64,000 nucleotides of DNA, taken from the human T2T-CHM13v2.0 reference genome, Homo sapiens. The position numbers and the translations under genes were made by a program. A model generated the notes under the pieces. It was not told the origin of the DNA. It searched no databases and saw nothing but the letters and a program-made list of their open reading frames with translations. The DNA is taken from NCBI RefSeq assembly GCF_009914755.1, contig NC_060928.1; one strand, written 5' to 3'. Shown piece after piece: positions 36,413 through 50,192 of this stretch (position 1 is the stretch's first letter; each line of letters starts with the position of its first letter).

Positions 36413-38454
36413 CATTCTCAGAAACTTCTTTTTGATGTGTGTACTCAAGTAACAGAGTTGAACCTTCCTTTTGACACAGCAGTTTTGAAACAATCTTTTT
36501 GTAGAATCTGCAAGTGGATATTTGGATAGCTTTGAGGATTTCGTTGGAAACGGGATATCTTCATATAAAATCTAGACAGAAGCATTCTCAGAAACTTCTT
36601 TGTGCTGTATGTCCTCAATTAACAGAGTTGAACCATTGCTTGGATACAGCATTTTGGAAACATTCCTTTAGTAGAATCTGCAAGTTGATATTTAGATAGA
36701 TTTGAAGATTTCGTTGGAAACGGGAATATCTTCATAGAAAATCTAGACGGAAGCATTCTCAGAAACTGCTTTGTGATGTTTCCATTCAAGTCAGAGAGTT
36801 GAATATTCTCTTTTATAGAGCACGTTTGAAACACTCTTTCTGCACTATCTGGAAGTGGACATTTCGAGCGCTTTGAGGCCTATGGTGAAAAAGGAAATAT
36901 CTTCCCATAAAAACTAGACAGAAGCATTCTCAGAAACTTGTTTGTGATGTGTGTATTCAACTAACAGAGTTGAACTTTTGTTTTTACAGAGCCGTTTTAA
37001 AACACTCTTTTTGTGGAATCAGAAAGTGGATATTCGGATGACTCTGAGGATTTCGTTGGAAGCGGGATTACATATAAAATCTAGAGAGAAGCATTCTCAG
37101 GAACTTCTTTGTGATGTTTGCATTGAAGTCACAGAATTGAACATTCACTTTGATAGAGCAGGTTTGAAACACTCATTCTGTAGTATCTGGAAGTGGACAT
37201 TTCAAGCGCTTTCAGGCCTATGGTGAGAAAGGAAATATCTTCGAATAAAAACTAGACAGAAGCATCCTCAGAAACTTATTTGTGATGTGTGTCCTCAACT
37301 AACAGAGTTGAAACTTTGTTTTGATACAGCATTTTGGAAACACTCTTTTTGTAGAATCTGCAGGTGGATATTTGGATAGCTTAGAGGGATTCGTTGGAAA
37401 GGGGATATCTTCATATAAAATCTAGACAGAAGCATTCTCAGAAACTTATTTGTGATGTGTGTCCTCAACTAACAGAGTTGAACCTTGGTTTTGATACAGC
37501 ATTTTGGAAACACTCCTTTTGTAGAATCTGCAGGTGGATATGTGGATAGCTCTGAAGATTTCGTTGGAAACGGGAATTTCTTCATATAAAATCAAACAGA
37601 AGCATTCTCAGAAACTTCTCAGTGATGTTTGCATTCAGCTCATGGAGTTGAACACTTCCTTTCATAGAGCCGGTTTGAAACACTCTTTCTGCACTACCTG
37701 GAAGAGGACATTTCGAGCGCTTTGAGTCCTATGGTGAAAAAGGAAATATCTTCTCATAAAAACCAGAAAGAAGCATTCTCAGAAACTTCTTTGTGTTGTG
37801 TGTACTCATGTAACAGTGTTGAACCATCCTTTTGACAGAGCAGTTTTGAAACACTCTTTTTGTAGAATCTGCAAGTGGATATTTGGATAGCTTTGAGGAT
37901 TTCGTTGGAAACGGGATGACATATAATATCTAGAGAGAAGCATTCTCAGGAACTTCTTTGTGATGTTTGCATTCAAGTCACAGAATTGAACATTCCCTTT
38001 CATAGAGCAGGTTTGAAACACTCTTTCTCTAGTATCTGGAAGTGGGCATTTCAAGCGCTTTCAGGCCTATGGAGAGAAAGGAAATACCTTCAAATAAAAA
38101 CTAGACAGAAGCATTCTCAGAAACTTATTTGTGATGTGTGTCCTCAACTAACAGAGTTGAACCTTTGTTTTGATACAGCATTTTGGAAACACTCCTTTTG
38201 TAGAATCTGCAGGTGGATATTTGGATACCTTTGAAGATTTCGTTGGAAACCGGAATATCTTCATATAAAATCAAGACAGAAGCATTCTCGGAAACATCTC
38301 TGTGATGTTTGCATTCAACTCAGTAGAGTTGAACACTTCCTTTCATAGAGCCGGTTTGAAACACTCTTTCTGCACTACCTGGAAGCGGACATTTCGAGCG
38401 CTTTGAGGCCTATGGTGAAAAAGAAAATATCTTCTCATAAAAACCAGAAAGAAG
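36413..38454 (+). repeat. 12-mer HOR variant (2042 bp), M2-M13, lacking 7 monomers
   Basis: M13 end (CCAGAAAGAAG) is joined to M2 (CTTTTTGATGTGTG) at 38455. Confidence 0.92.
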
Positions 38455-41400
38455 CATTCTCAGAAACTTCTTTTTGATGTGTGTACTCAAGTAACAGAGT
38501 TGAACCTTCCTTTTGACACAGCAGTTTTGAAACAATCTTTTTGTAGAATCTGCAAGTGGATATTTGGATAGCTTTGAGGATTTCGTTGGAAACGGGATAT
38601 CTTCATATAAAATCTAGACAGAAGCATTCTCAGAAACTTCTTTGTGCTGTATGTCCTCAATTAACAGAGTTGAACCATTGCTTGGATACAGCATTTTGGA
38701 AACATTCCTGGAGTAGAATCTGCAAGTTGATATTTAGATAGATTTGAAGATTTCGTTGGAAAAGGGAATATGTCCATATAAAATCTAGAGGGAAGCATTC
38801 TCAGAAACTGCTTTGTGATGTTTCCATTCAAGTCACAGAGTTGAATATTCCCTTTTATAGAGCACGTTTGAAACACTCTTTCTGCACTATCTGGAAGTGG
38901 ACATTTCGAGCGCTTTGAGGCCTATGGTGAAAAAGGAAATATCTTCCCATAAAAACTAGACAGAAGCATTCTCAGAAACTTGTTTGTGATGTGTGTATTC
39001 AACTAACAGAGTTGAACTTTTGTTTTTACAGAGCCGTTTTAAAACACTCTTTTTGTGGAATCAGAAAGTGGATATTCGGATGGCTCTGAGGATTTCGTTG
39101 GAAGCGGGATTACATATAAAATCTAGAGAGAAGCATTCTCAGGAACTTCTTTGTGATGTTTGCATTGAAGTCACAGAATTGAACATTCACTTTGATAGAG
39201 CAGGTTTGAAACACTCATTCTGTAGTATCTGGAAGTGGACATTTCAAGCGCTTTCAGGCCTATGGTGAGAAAGGAAATATCTTCGAATAAAAACTAGACA
39301 GAAGCATCCTCAGAAACTTATTTGTGATGTGTGTCCTCAACTAACAGAGTTGAAACTTTGTTTTGATACAGCATTTTGGAAACACTCTTTTTGTAGAATC
39401 TGCAGGTGGATATTTGGATAGCTTAGAGGGATTCGTTGGAAAGGGGATATCTTCATATAAAATCTAGACAGAAGCATTCTCAGAAACTTATTTGTGATGT
39501 GTGTCCTCAACTAACAGAGTTGAACCTTGGTTTTGATACAGCATTTTGGAAACACTCCTTTTGTAGAATCTGCAGGTGGATATGTGGATAGCTCTGAAGA
39601 TTTCGTTGGAAACGGGAATTTCTTCATATAAAATCAAACAGAAGCATTCTCAGAAACTTCTCAGTGATGTTTGCATTCAGCTCATGGAGTTGAACACTTC
39701 CTTTCATAGAGCCGGTTTGAAACACTCTTTCTGCACTACCTGGAAGAGGACATTTCGAGCGCTTTGAGTCCTATGGTGAAAAAGGAAATATCTTCTCATA
39801 AAAACCAGAAAGAAGCATTCTCAGAAACTTCTTTGTGTTGTGTGTACTCATGTAACAGTGTTGAACCATCCTTTTGACAGAGCAGTTTTGAAACACTCTT
39901 TTTGTAGAATCTGCAAGTGGATATTTGGATAGCTTTGAGGATTTCGTTGGAAACGGGATGACATATAATATCTAGAGAGAAGCATTCTCAGGAACTACTT
40001 TGTGATGTTTGCATTCAAGTCACAGAATTGAACATTCCCTTTCATAGAGCAGGTTTGAAACACTCTTTCTCTAGTATCTGGAAGTGGGCATTTCAAGCGC
40101 TTTCAGGCCTATGGAGAGAAAGGAAATACCTTCAAATAAAAACTAGACAGAAGCATTCTCAGAAACTTATTTGTGATGTGTGTCCTCAACTAACAGAGTT
40201 GAACCTTTGTTTTGATACAGCATTTTGGAAACACTCCTTTTGTAGAATCTGCAGGTGGATATTTGGATACCTTTGAAGATTTCGTTGGAAACCGGAATAT
40301 CTTCATATAAAATCAAGACAGAAGCATTCTCGGAAACATTTCTGTGATGTTTGCATTCAACTCAGTAGAGTTGAACACTTCCTTTCATAGAGCCGGTTTG
40401 AAACACTCTTTCTGCACTACCTGGAAGCGGACATTTCGAGCGCTTTGAGGCCTATGGTGAAAAAGGAAATATCTTCTCATAAAAACCAGAAAGAAGCATT
40501 CTCAGAAACTTCTTTGTGTTGTGTGTACTCAAGTAACAGTGTTGAACCTTCCTTTTGACACAGCAGTTTTGAAACACTCTTTTGGTAGAATCTGCAAGTG
40601 GATATTTGGATAGCTTTGAGGATTTCGTTGGAAACGGGTTATCTTCATATAAAATCCAGACAGGAGCATTCTCAGAAACTTCTTTGTGCTGCATGTCCTC
40701 AATTCACAGAGCTGAACCTTTGTTTGGATACAGCATTTTGGAAACATTCCTTTAGTAGAATCTGCAAGTTGATATTTAGATAGCTTTGAAGATTTCGTTG
40801 GAAACGGGAATATCTTCATAGAAAATCTAGACGGAAGCATTCTCAGAAACTGCTTTGTGATGTTTGCATTCAAGTCACAGAGTTGAATATTCCCTTTTAT
40901 AGAGTAGGTTTGAAACACTCTTTCGGCACTACCTGGAAGTGGATATTTCGAGCTCTTTGAGGCCTATGGTTAAAAGGAAATATCTTCCCATAAAAACTAG
41001 ACAGAAGCCGTCTCAGAAACTTGTTTGTGATGTGTGTATTCAACTAACAGAGTTGAACATTTCTGTTACAGAGCAATTTTAAAACACTCTTTTTGTGGAA
41101 TCTGAAAGTGGATAATTGGATAGCTTTGTGGATTTCGTTGGAAACGGGATGACGTATAAAATCTAGAGAGAAGCATTCTCAGGAACTTCTTTCTGATGTT
41201 TGCATTCAAGTCACAGAATTGAACATTCCTTTTCATAGTGCAGGTTTGAAACACTCTTTCTGTAGTATCTGGAAGTGGACATTTCAAGCGCTTTCAGGCC
41301 TACGGGGAGAAAGGAAATATCTTCAAATAAAAACTAGACAGAAGGATTCTCAGAAACTTATTTGTGATGTGTGTCCTAAACGAACACAGTTGAACCTTTG

Positions 41401-44400
41401 TTTTGATACAGCATTTTGGAAACACTCCTTTTGTAGGATCTGCAGGTGGATATTTGGATAGATTTTAAGATTTCGTTGGAAACGGGAGTTTCTTCATAGA
41501 AACTCAAGACAGATGCATTCTCAGAAACATCTCTGTGATGTTTGCATTCCACTCATAGAGTTGAAAACTTCCTTTCATAGAGCAGGTTTGAAACACTCTT
41601 TTTGTAATATTTGGAAGTGGACATTTGCAGCGCTTTGAGGCCTATGGTGAAAAAGGAAATATCTTCTCATAAAAACCAGAAACAAGCATTCTCAGAAACT
41701 TCTTTTTGATGTGTGTACTCAAGTAACAGAGTTGAACCTTCCTTTTGACACAGCAGTTTTGAAACAATCTTTTTGTAGAATCTGCAAGTGGATATTTGGA
41801 TAGCTTTGAGGATTTCGTTGGAAACGGGATATCTTCATATAAAATCTAGACAGAAGCATTCTCAGAAACTTCTTTGTGCTGTATGTCCTCAATTAACAGA
41901 GTTGAACCATTGCTTGGATACAGCATTTTGGAAACATTCCTTGAGTAGAATCTGCAAGTTGATATTTAGATAGATTTGAAGATTTCGTTGGAAAAGGGAA
42001 TATCTCCATATAAAATCTAGAGGGAAGCATTCTCAGAAACTGCTTTGTGATGTTTCCATTCAAGTCACAGAGTTGAATATTCCCTTTTATAGAGCACGTT
42101 TGAAACACTCTTTCTGCACTATCTGGAAGTGGACATTTCGAGCACTTTGAGGCCTATGGTGAAAAAGGAAATATCTTCCCATAAAAACTAGACAGAAGCA
42201 TTCTCAGAAACTTGTTTGTGATGTGTGTATTCAACTAACAGAGTTGAACTTATGTTTTTACAGAGCCGTTTTAAAACACTCTTTTTGTGGAATCAGAAAG
42301 TGGATATTCGGATGGCTCTGAGGATTTCGTTGGAAGCGGGATTACATATAAAATCTAGAGAGAAGCATTCTCAGGAACTTCTTTGTGATGTTTGCATTGA
42401 AGTCACAGAATTGAACATTCACTTTGATAGAGCAGGTTTGAAACACTCATTCTGTAGTATCTGGAAGTGGACATTTCAAGCGCTTTCAGGCCTATGGTGA
42501 GAAAGGAAATATCTTCGAATAAAAACTAGACAGAAGCATCCTCAGAAACTTATTTGTGATGTGTGTCCTCAACTAACAGAGTTGAAACTTTGTTTTGATA
42601 CAGCATTTTGGAAACACTCTTTTTGTAGAATCTGCAGGTGGATATTTGGATAGCTTAGAGGGATTCGTTGGAAAGGGGATATCTTCATATAAAATCTAGA
42701 CAGAAGCATTCTCAGAAACTTATTTGTGATGTGTGTCCTCAACTAACAGAGTTGAACCTTGGTTTTGATACAGCATTTTGGAAACACTCCTTTTGTAGAA
42801 TCTGCAGGTGGATATGTGGATAGCTCTGAAGATTTCGTTGGAAACGGGAATTTCTTCATATAAAATCAAACAGAAGCATTCTCAGAAACTTCTCAGTGAT
42901 GTTTGCATTCAGCTCATGGAGTTGAACACTTCCTTTCATAGAGCCGGTTTGAAACACTCTTTCTGCACTACCTGGAAGAGGACATTTCGAGCGCTTTGAG
43001 TCCTATGGTGAAAAAGGAAATATCTTCTCATAAAAACCAGAAAGAAGCATTCTCAGAAACTTCTTTGTGTTGTGTGTACTCATGTAACAGTGTTGAACCA
43101 TCCTTTTGACAGAGCAGTTTTGAAACACTCTTTTTGTAGAATCTGCAAGTGGATATTTGGATAGCTTTGAGGATTTCGTTGGAAACGGGATGACATATAA
43201 TATCTAGAGAGAAGCATTCTCAGGAACTTCTTTGTGATGTTTGCATTCAAGTCACAGAATTGAACATTCCCTTTCATAGAGCAGGTTTGAAACACTCTTT
43301 CTCTAGTATCTGGAAGTGGGCATTTCAAGCGCTTTCAGGCCTATGGAGAGAAAGGAAATACCTTCAAATAAAAACTAGACAGAAGCATTCTCAGAAACTT
43401 ATTTGTGATGTGTGTCCTCAACTAACAGAGTTGAACCTTTGTTTTGATACAGCATTTTGGAAACACTCCTTTTGTAGAATCTGCAGGTGGATATTTGGAT
43501 ACCTTTGAAGATTTCGTTGGAAACCGGAATATCTTCATATAAAATCAAGACAGAAGCATTCTCGGAAACATCTCTGTGATGTTTGCATTCAACTCAGTAG
43601 AGTTGAACACTTCCTTTCATAGAGCCGGTTTGAAACACTCTTTCTGCACTACCTGGAAGCGGACATTTCGAGCGCTTTGAGGCCTATGGTGAAAAACGAA
43701 ATAGCTTCTCATAAAAACCAGAAAGAAGCATTCTCAGAAACTTCTTTGTGTTGTGTGTACTCAAGTAACAGTGTTGAACCTTCCTTTTGACACAGCAGTT
43801 TTGAAACACTCTTTTGGTAGAATCTGCAAGTGGATATTTGGATAGCTTTGAGGATTTCGTTGGAAACGGGTTATCTTCATATAAAATCCAGACAGGAGCA
43901 TTCTCAGAAACTTCTTTGTGCTGCATGTCCTCAATTCACAGAGCTGAACCTTTGTTTGGATACAGCATTTTGGAAACATTCCTTTAGTAGAATCTGCAAG
44001 TTGATATTTAGATAGCTTTGAAGATTTCGTTGGAAACGGGAATATCTTCATAGAAAATCTAGACGGAAGCATTCTCAGAAACTGCTTTGTGATGTTTGCA
44101 TTCAAGTCACAGAGTTGAATATTCCCTTTTATAGAGTAGGTTTGAAACACTCTTTCGGCACTACCTGGAAGTGGATATTTCGAGCTCTTTGAGGCCTATG
44201 GTTAAAAGGAAATATCTTCCCATAAAAACTAGACAGAAGCCGTCTCAGAAACTTGTTTGTGATGTGTGTATTCAACTAACAGAGTTGAACATTTCTGTTA
44301 CAGAGCAATTTTAAAACACTCTTTTTGTGGAATCTGAAAGTGGATAATTGGATAGCTTTGTGGATTTCGTTGGAAACGGGATGACGTATAAAATCTAGAG

Positions 44401-47400
44401 AGAAGCATTCTCAGGAACTTCTTTCTGATGTTTGCATTCAAGTCACAGAATTGAACATTCCTTTTCATAGTGCAGGTTTGAAACACTCTTTCTGTAGTAT
44501 CTGGAAGTGGACATTTCAAGCGCTTTCAGGCCTACGGGGAGAAAGGAAATATCTTCAAATAAAAACTAGACAGAAGGATTCTCAGAAACTTATTTGTGAT
44601 GTGTGTCCTAAACGAACACAGTTGAACCTTTGTTTTGATACAGCATTTTGGAAACACTCCTTTTGTAGGATCTGCAGGTGGATATTTGGATAGATTTTAA
44701 GATTTCGTTGGAAACGGGAGTTTCTTCATAGAAACTCAAGACAGATGCATTCTCAGAAACATCTCTGTGATGTTTGCATTCCACTCATAGAGTTGAAAAC
44801 TTCCTTTCATAGAGCAGGTTTGAAACACTCTTTTTGTAATATTTGGAAGTGGACATTTGCAGCGCTTTGAGGCCTATGGTGAAAAAGGAAATATCTTCTC
44901 ATAAAAACCAGAAACAAGCATTCTCAGAAACTGCTTTTTGATGTGTGTACTCAAGTAACAGAGTTGAACCTTCCTTTTGACACAGCAGTTTTGAAACAAT
45001 CTTTTTGTAGAATCTGCAAGTGGATATTTGGATAGCTTTGAGGATTTCGTTGGAAACGGGATATCTTCATATAAAATCTAGACAGAAGCATTCTCAGAAA
45101 CTTCTTTGTGCTGTATGTCCTCAATTAACAGAGTTGAACCATTGCTTGGATACAGCATTTTGGAAACATTCCTTGAGTAGAATCTGCAAGTTGATATTTA
45201 GATAGATTTGAAGATTTCGTTGGAAAAGGGAATATCTCCATATAAAATCTAGAGGGAAGCATTCTCAGAAACTGCTTTGTGATGTTTCCATTCAAGTCAC
45301 AGAGTTGAATATTCCCTTTTATAGAGCACGTTTGAAACACTCTTTCTGCACTATCTGGAAGTGGACATTTCGAGCGCTTTGAGGCCTATGGTGAAAAAGG
45401 AAATATCTTCCCATAAAAACTAGACAGAAGCATTCTCAGAAACTTGTTTGTGAGGTGTGTATTCAACTAACAGAGTTGAACTTATGTTTTTACAGAGCCG
45501 TTTTAAAACACTCTTTTTGTGGAATCAGAAAGTGGATATTCGGATGGCTCTGAGGATTTCGTTGGAAGCGGGATTACATATAAAATCTAGAGAGAAGCAT
45601 TCTCAGGAACTTCTTTGTGATGTTTGCATTGAAGTCACAGAATTGAACATTCACTTTGATAGAGCAGGTTTGAAACACTCATTCTGTAGTATCTGGAAGT
45701 GGACATTTCAAGCGCTTTCAGGCCTATGGTGAGAAAGGAAATATCTTCGAATAAAAACTAGACAGAAGCATCCTCAGAAACTTATTTGTGATGTGTGTCC
45801 TCAACTAACAGAGTTGAAACTTTGTTTTGATACAGCATTTTGGAAACACTCTTTTTGTAGAATCTGCAGGTGGATATTTGGATAGCTTAGAGGGATTCGT
45901 TGGAAAGGGGATATCTTCATATAAAATCTAGACAGAAGCATTCTCAGAAACTTATTTGTGATGTGTGTCCTCAACTAACAGAGTTGAACCTTGGTTTTGA
46001 TACAGCATTTTGGAAACACTCCTTTTGTAGAATCTGCAGGTGGATATGTGGATAGCTCTGAAGATTTCGTTGGAAACGGGAATTTCTTCATATAAAATCA
46101 AACAGAAGCATTCTCAGAAACTTCTCAGTGATGTTTGCATTCAGCTCATGGAGTTGAACACTTCCTTTCATAGAGCCAGTTTGAAACACTCTTTCTGCAC
46201 TACCTGGAAGAGGACATTTCGAGCGCTTTGAGTCCTATGGTGAAAAAGGAAATATCTTCTCATAAAAACCAGAAAGAAGCATTCTCAGAAACTTCTTTGT
46301 GTTGTGTGTACTCATGTAACAGTGTTGAACCATCCTTTTGACAGAGCAGTTTTGAAACACTCTTTTTGTAGAATCTGCAAGTGGATATTTGGATAGCTTT
46401 GAGGATTTCGTTGGAAACGGGATGACATATAATATCTAGAGAGAAGCATTCTCAGGAACTTCTTTGTGATGTTTGCATTCAAGTCACAGAATTGAACATT
46501 CCCTTTCATAGAGCAGGTTTGAAACACTCTTTCTCTAGTATCTGGAAGTGGGCATTTCAAGCGCTTTCAGGCCTATGGAGAGAAAGGAAATACCTTCAAA
46601 TAAAAACTAGACAGAAGCATTCTCAGAAACTTATTTGTGATGTGTGTCCTCAACTAACAGAGTTGAACCTTTGTTTTGATACAGCATTTTGGAAACACTC
46701 CTTTTGTAGAATCTGCAGGTGGATATTTGGATACCTTTGAAGATTTCGTTGGAAACCGGAATATCTTCATATAAAATCAAGACAGAAGCATTCTCGGAAA
46801 CATCTCTGTGATGTTTGCATTCAACTCAGTAGAGTTGAACACTTCCTTTCATTGAGCAGGTTTGAAACACTCTTTCAGCACTACCTGGAAGCGGACATTT
46901 CGAGCGCTTTGAGGCCTATGGTGAAAAAGGAAATATCTTCTCATAAAAACCAGAAAGAAGCATTCTCAGAAACTTCTTTGTGTTGTGTGTACTCAAGTAA
47001 CAGTGTTGAACCTTCCTTTTGACACAGCAGTTTTGAAACACTCTTTTGGTAGAATCTGCAAGTGGATATTTGGATAGCTTTGAGGATTTCGTTGGAAACG
47101 GGTTATCTTCATATAAAATCCAGACAGGAGCATTCTCAGAAACTTCTTTGTGCTGCATGTCCTCAATTCACAGAGCTGAACCTTTGTTTGGATACAGCAT
47201 TTTGGAAACATTCCTTTAGTAGAATCTGCAAGTTGATATTTAGATAGCTTTGAAGATTTCGTTGGAAACGGGAATATCTTCATAGAAAATCTAGACGGAA
47301 GCATTCTCAGAAACTGCTTTGTGATGTTTGCATTCAAGTCACAGAGTTGAATATTCCCTTTTATAGAGTAGGTTTGAAACACTCTTTCGGCACTACCTGG

Positions 47401-48150
47401 AAGTGGATATTTCGAGCTCTTTGAGGCCTATGGTTAAAAGGAAATATCTTCCCATAAAAACTAGACAGAAGCCGTCTCAGAAACTTGTTTGTGATGTGTG
47501 TATTCAACTAACAGAGTTGAACATTTCTGTTACAGAGCAATTTTAAAACACTCTTTTTGTGGAATCTGAAAGTGGATAATTGGATAGCTTTGTGGATTTC
47601 GTTGGAAACGGGATGACGTATAAAATCTAGAGAGAAGCATTCTCAGGAACTTCTTTCTGATGTTTGCATTCAAGTCACAGAATTGAACATTCCTTTTCAT
47701 AGTGCAGGTTTGAAACACTCTTTCTGTAGTATCTGGAAGTGGACATTTCAAGCGCTTTCAGGCCTACGGGGAGAAAGGAAATATCTTCAAATAAAAACTA
47801 GACAGAAGGATTCTCAGAAACTTATTTGTGATGTGTGTCCTAAACGAACACAGTTGAACCTTTGTTTTGATACAGCATTTTGGAAACACTCCTTTTGTAG
47901 GATCTGCAGGTGGATATTTGGATAGATTTTAAGATTTCGTTGGAAACGGGAGTTTCTTCATAGAAACTCAAGACAGATGCATTCTCAGAAACATCTCTGT
48001 GATGTTTGCATTCCACTCATAGAGTTGAAAACTTCCTTTCATAGAGCAGGTTTGAAACACTCTTTTTGTAATATTTGGAAGTGGACATTTGCAGCGCTTT
48101 GAGGCCTATGGTGAAAAAGGAAATATCTTCTCATAAAAACCAGAAACAAG
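38455..48150 (+). repeat. Three 19-mer HORs (M2 phase)
   Basis: 3 x 3232 bp between the first 12-mer junction and the next 12-mer. Confidence 0.93.
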
Positions 48151-50192
48151 CATTCTCAGAAACTTCTTTTTGATGTGTGTACTCAAGTAACAGAGTTGAA
48201 CCTTCCTTTTGACACAGCAGTTTTGAAACAATCTTTTTGTAGAATCTGCAAGTGGATATTTGGATAGCTTTGAGGATTTCGTTGGAAACGGGATATCTTC
48301 ATATAAAATCTAGACAGAAGCATTCTCAGAAACTTCTTTGTGCTGTATGTCCTCAATTAACAGAGTTGAACCATTGCTTGGATACAGCATTTTGGAAACA
48401 TTCCTTGAGTAGAATCTGCAAGTTGATATTTAGATAGATTTGAAGATTTCGTTGGAAAAGGGAATATCTCCATATAAAATCTAGAGGGAAGCATTCTCAG
48501 AAACTGCTTTGTGATGTTTCCATTCAAGTCACAGAGTTGAATATTCCCTTTTATAGAGCACGTTTGAAACACTCTTTCTGCACTATCTGGAAGTGGACAT
48601 TTCGAGCGCTTTGAGGCCTATGGTGAAAAAGGAAATATCTTCCCATAAAAACTAGACAGAAGCATTCTCAGAAACTTGTTTGTGATGTGTGTATTCAACT
48701 AACAGAGTTGAACTTTTGTTTTTACAGAGCCGTTTTAAAACACTCTTTTTGTGGAATCAGAAAGTGGATATTCGGATGGCTCTGAGGATTTCGTTGGAAG
48801 CGGGATTACATATAAAATCTAGAGAGAAGCATTCTCAGGAACTTCTTTGTGATGTTTGCATTGAAGTCACAGAATTGAACATTCACTTTGATAGAGCAGG
48901 TTTGAAACACTCATTCTGTAGTATCTGGAAGTGGACATTTCAAGCGCTTTCAGGCCTATGGTGAGAAAGGAAATATCTTCGAATAAAAACTAGACAGAAG
49001 CATCCTCAGAAACTTATTTGTGATGTGTGTCCTCAACTAACAGAGTTGAAACTTTGTTTTGATACAGCATTTTGGAAACACTCTTTTTGTAGAATCTGCA
49101 GGTGGATATTTGGATAGCTTAGAGGGATTCGTTGGAAAGGGGATATCTTCATATAAAATCTAGACAGAAGCATTCTCAGAAACTTATTTGTGATGTGTGT
49201 CCTCAACTAACAGAGTTGAACCTTGGTTTTGATACAGCATTTTGGAAACACTCCTTTTGTAGAATCTGCAGGTGGATATGTGGATAGCTCTGAAGATTTC
49301 GTTGGAAACGGGAATTTCTTCATATAAAATCAAACAGAAGCATTCTCAGAAACTTCTCAGTGATGTTTGCATTCAGCTCATGGAGTTGAACACTTCCTTT
49401 CATAGAGCCGGTTTGAAACACTCTTTCTGCACTACCTGGAAGAGGACATTTCGAGCGCTTTGAGTCCTATGGTGAAAAAGGAAATATCTTCTCATAAAAA
49501 CCAGAAAGAAGCATTCTCAGAAACTTCTTTGTGTTGTGTGTACTCATGTAACAGTGTTGAACCATCCTTTTGACAGAGCAGTTTTGAAACACTCTTTTTG
49601 TAGAATCTGCAAGTGGATATTTGGATAGCTTTGAGGATTTCGTTGGAAACGGGATGACATATAATATCTAGAGAGAAGCATTCTCAGGAACTTCTTTGTG
49701 ATGTTTGCATTCAAGTCACAGAATTGAACATTCCCTTTCATAGAGCAGGTTTGAAACACTCTTTCTCTAGTATCTGGAAGTGGGCATTTCAAGCGCTTTC
49801 AGGCCTATGGAGAGAAAGGAAATACCTTCAAATAAAAACTAGACAGAAGCATTCTCAGAAACTTATTTGTGATGTGTGTCCTCAACTAACAGAGTTGAAC
49901 CTTTGTTTTGATACAGCATTTTGGAAACACTCCTTTTGTAGAATCTGCAGGTGGATATTTGGATACCTTTGAAGATTTCGTTGGAAACCGGAATATCTTC
50001 ATATAAAATCAAGACAGAAGCATTCTCGGAAACATCTCTGTGATGTTTGCATTCAACTCAGTAGAGTTGAACACTTCCTTTCATAGAGCCGGTTTGAAAC
50101 ACTCTTTCTGCACTACCTGGAAGCGGACATTTCGAGCGCTTTGAGGCCTATGGTGAAAAAGAAAATATCTTCTCATAAAAACCAGAAAGAAG
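48151..50192 (+). repeat. 12-mer HOR variant (2042 bp), second copy
   Basis: Same M13-M2 junction at 50193 and same linked SNV at 50162. Confidence 0.92.
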
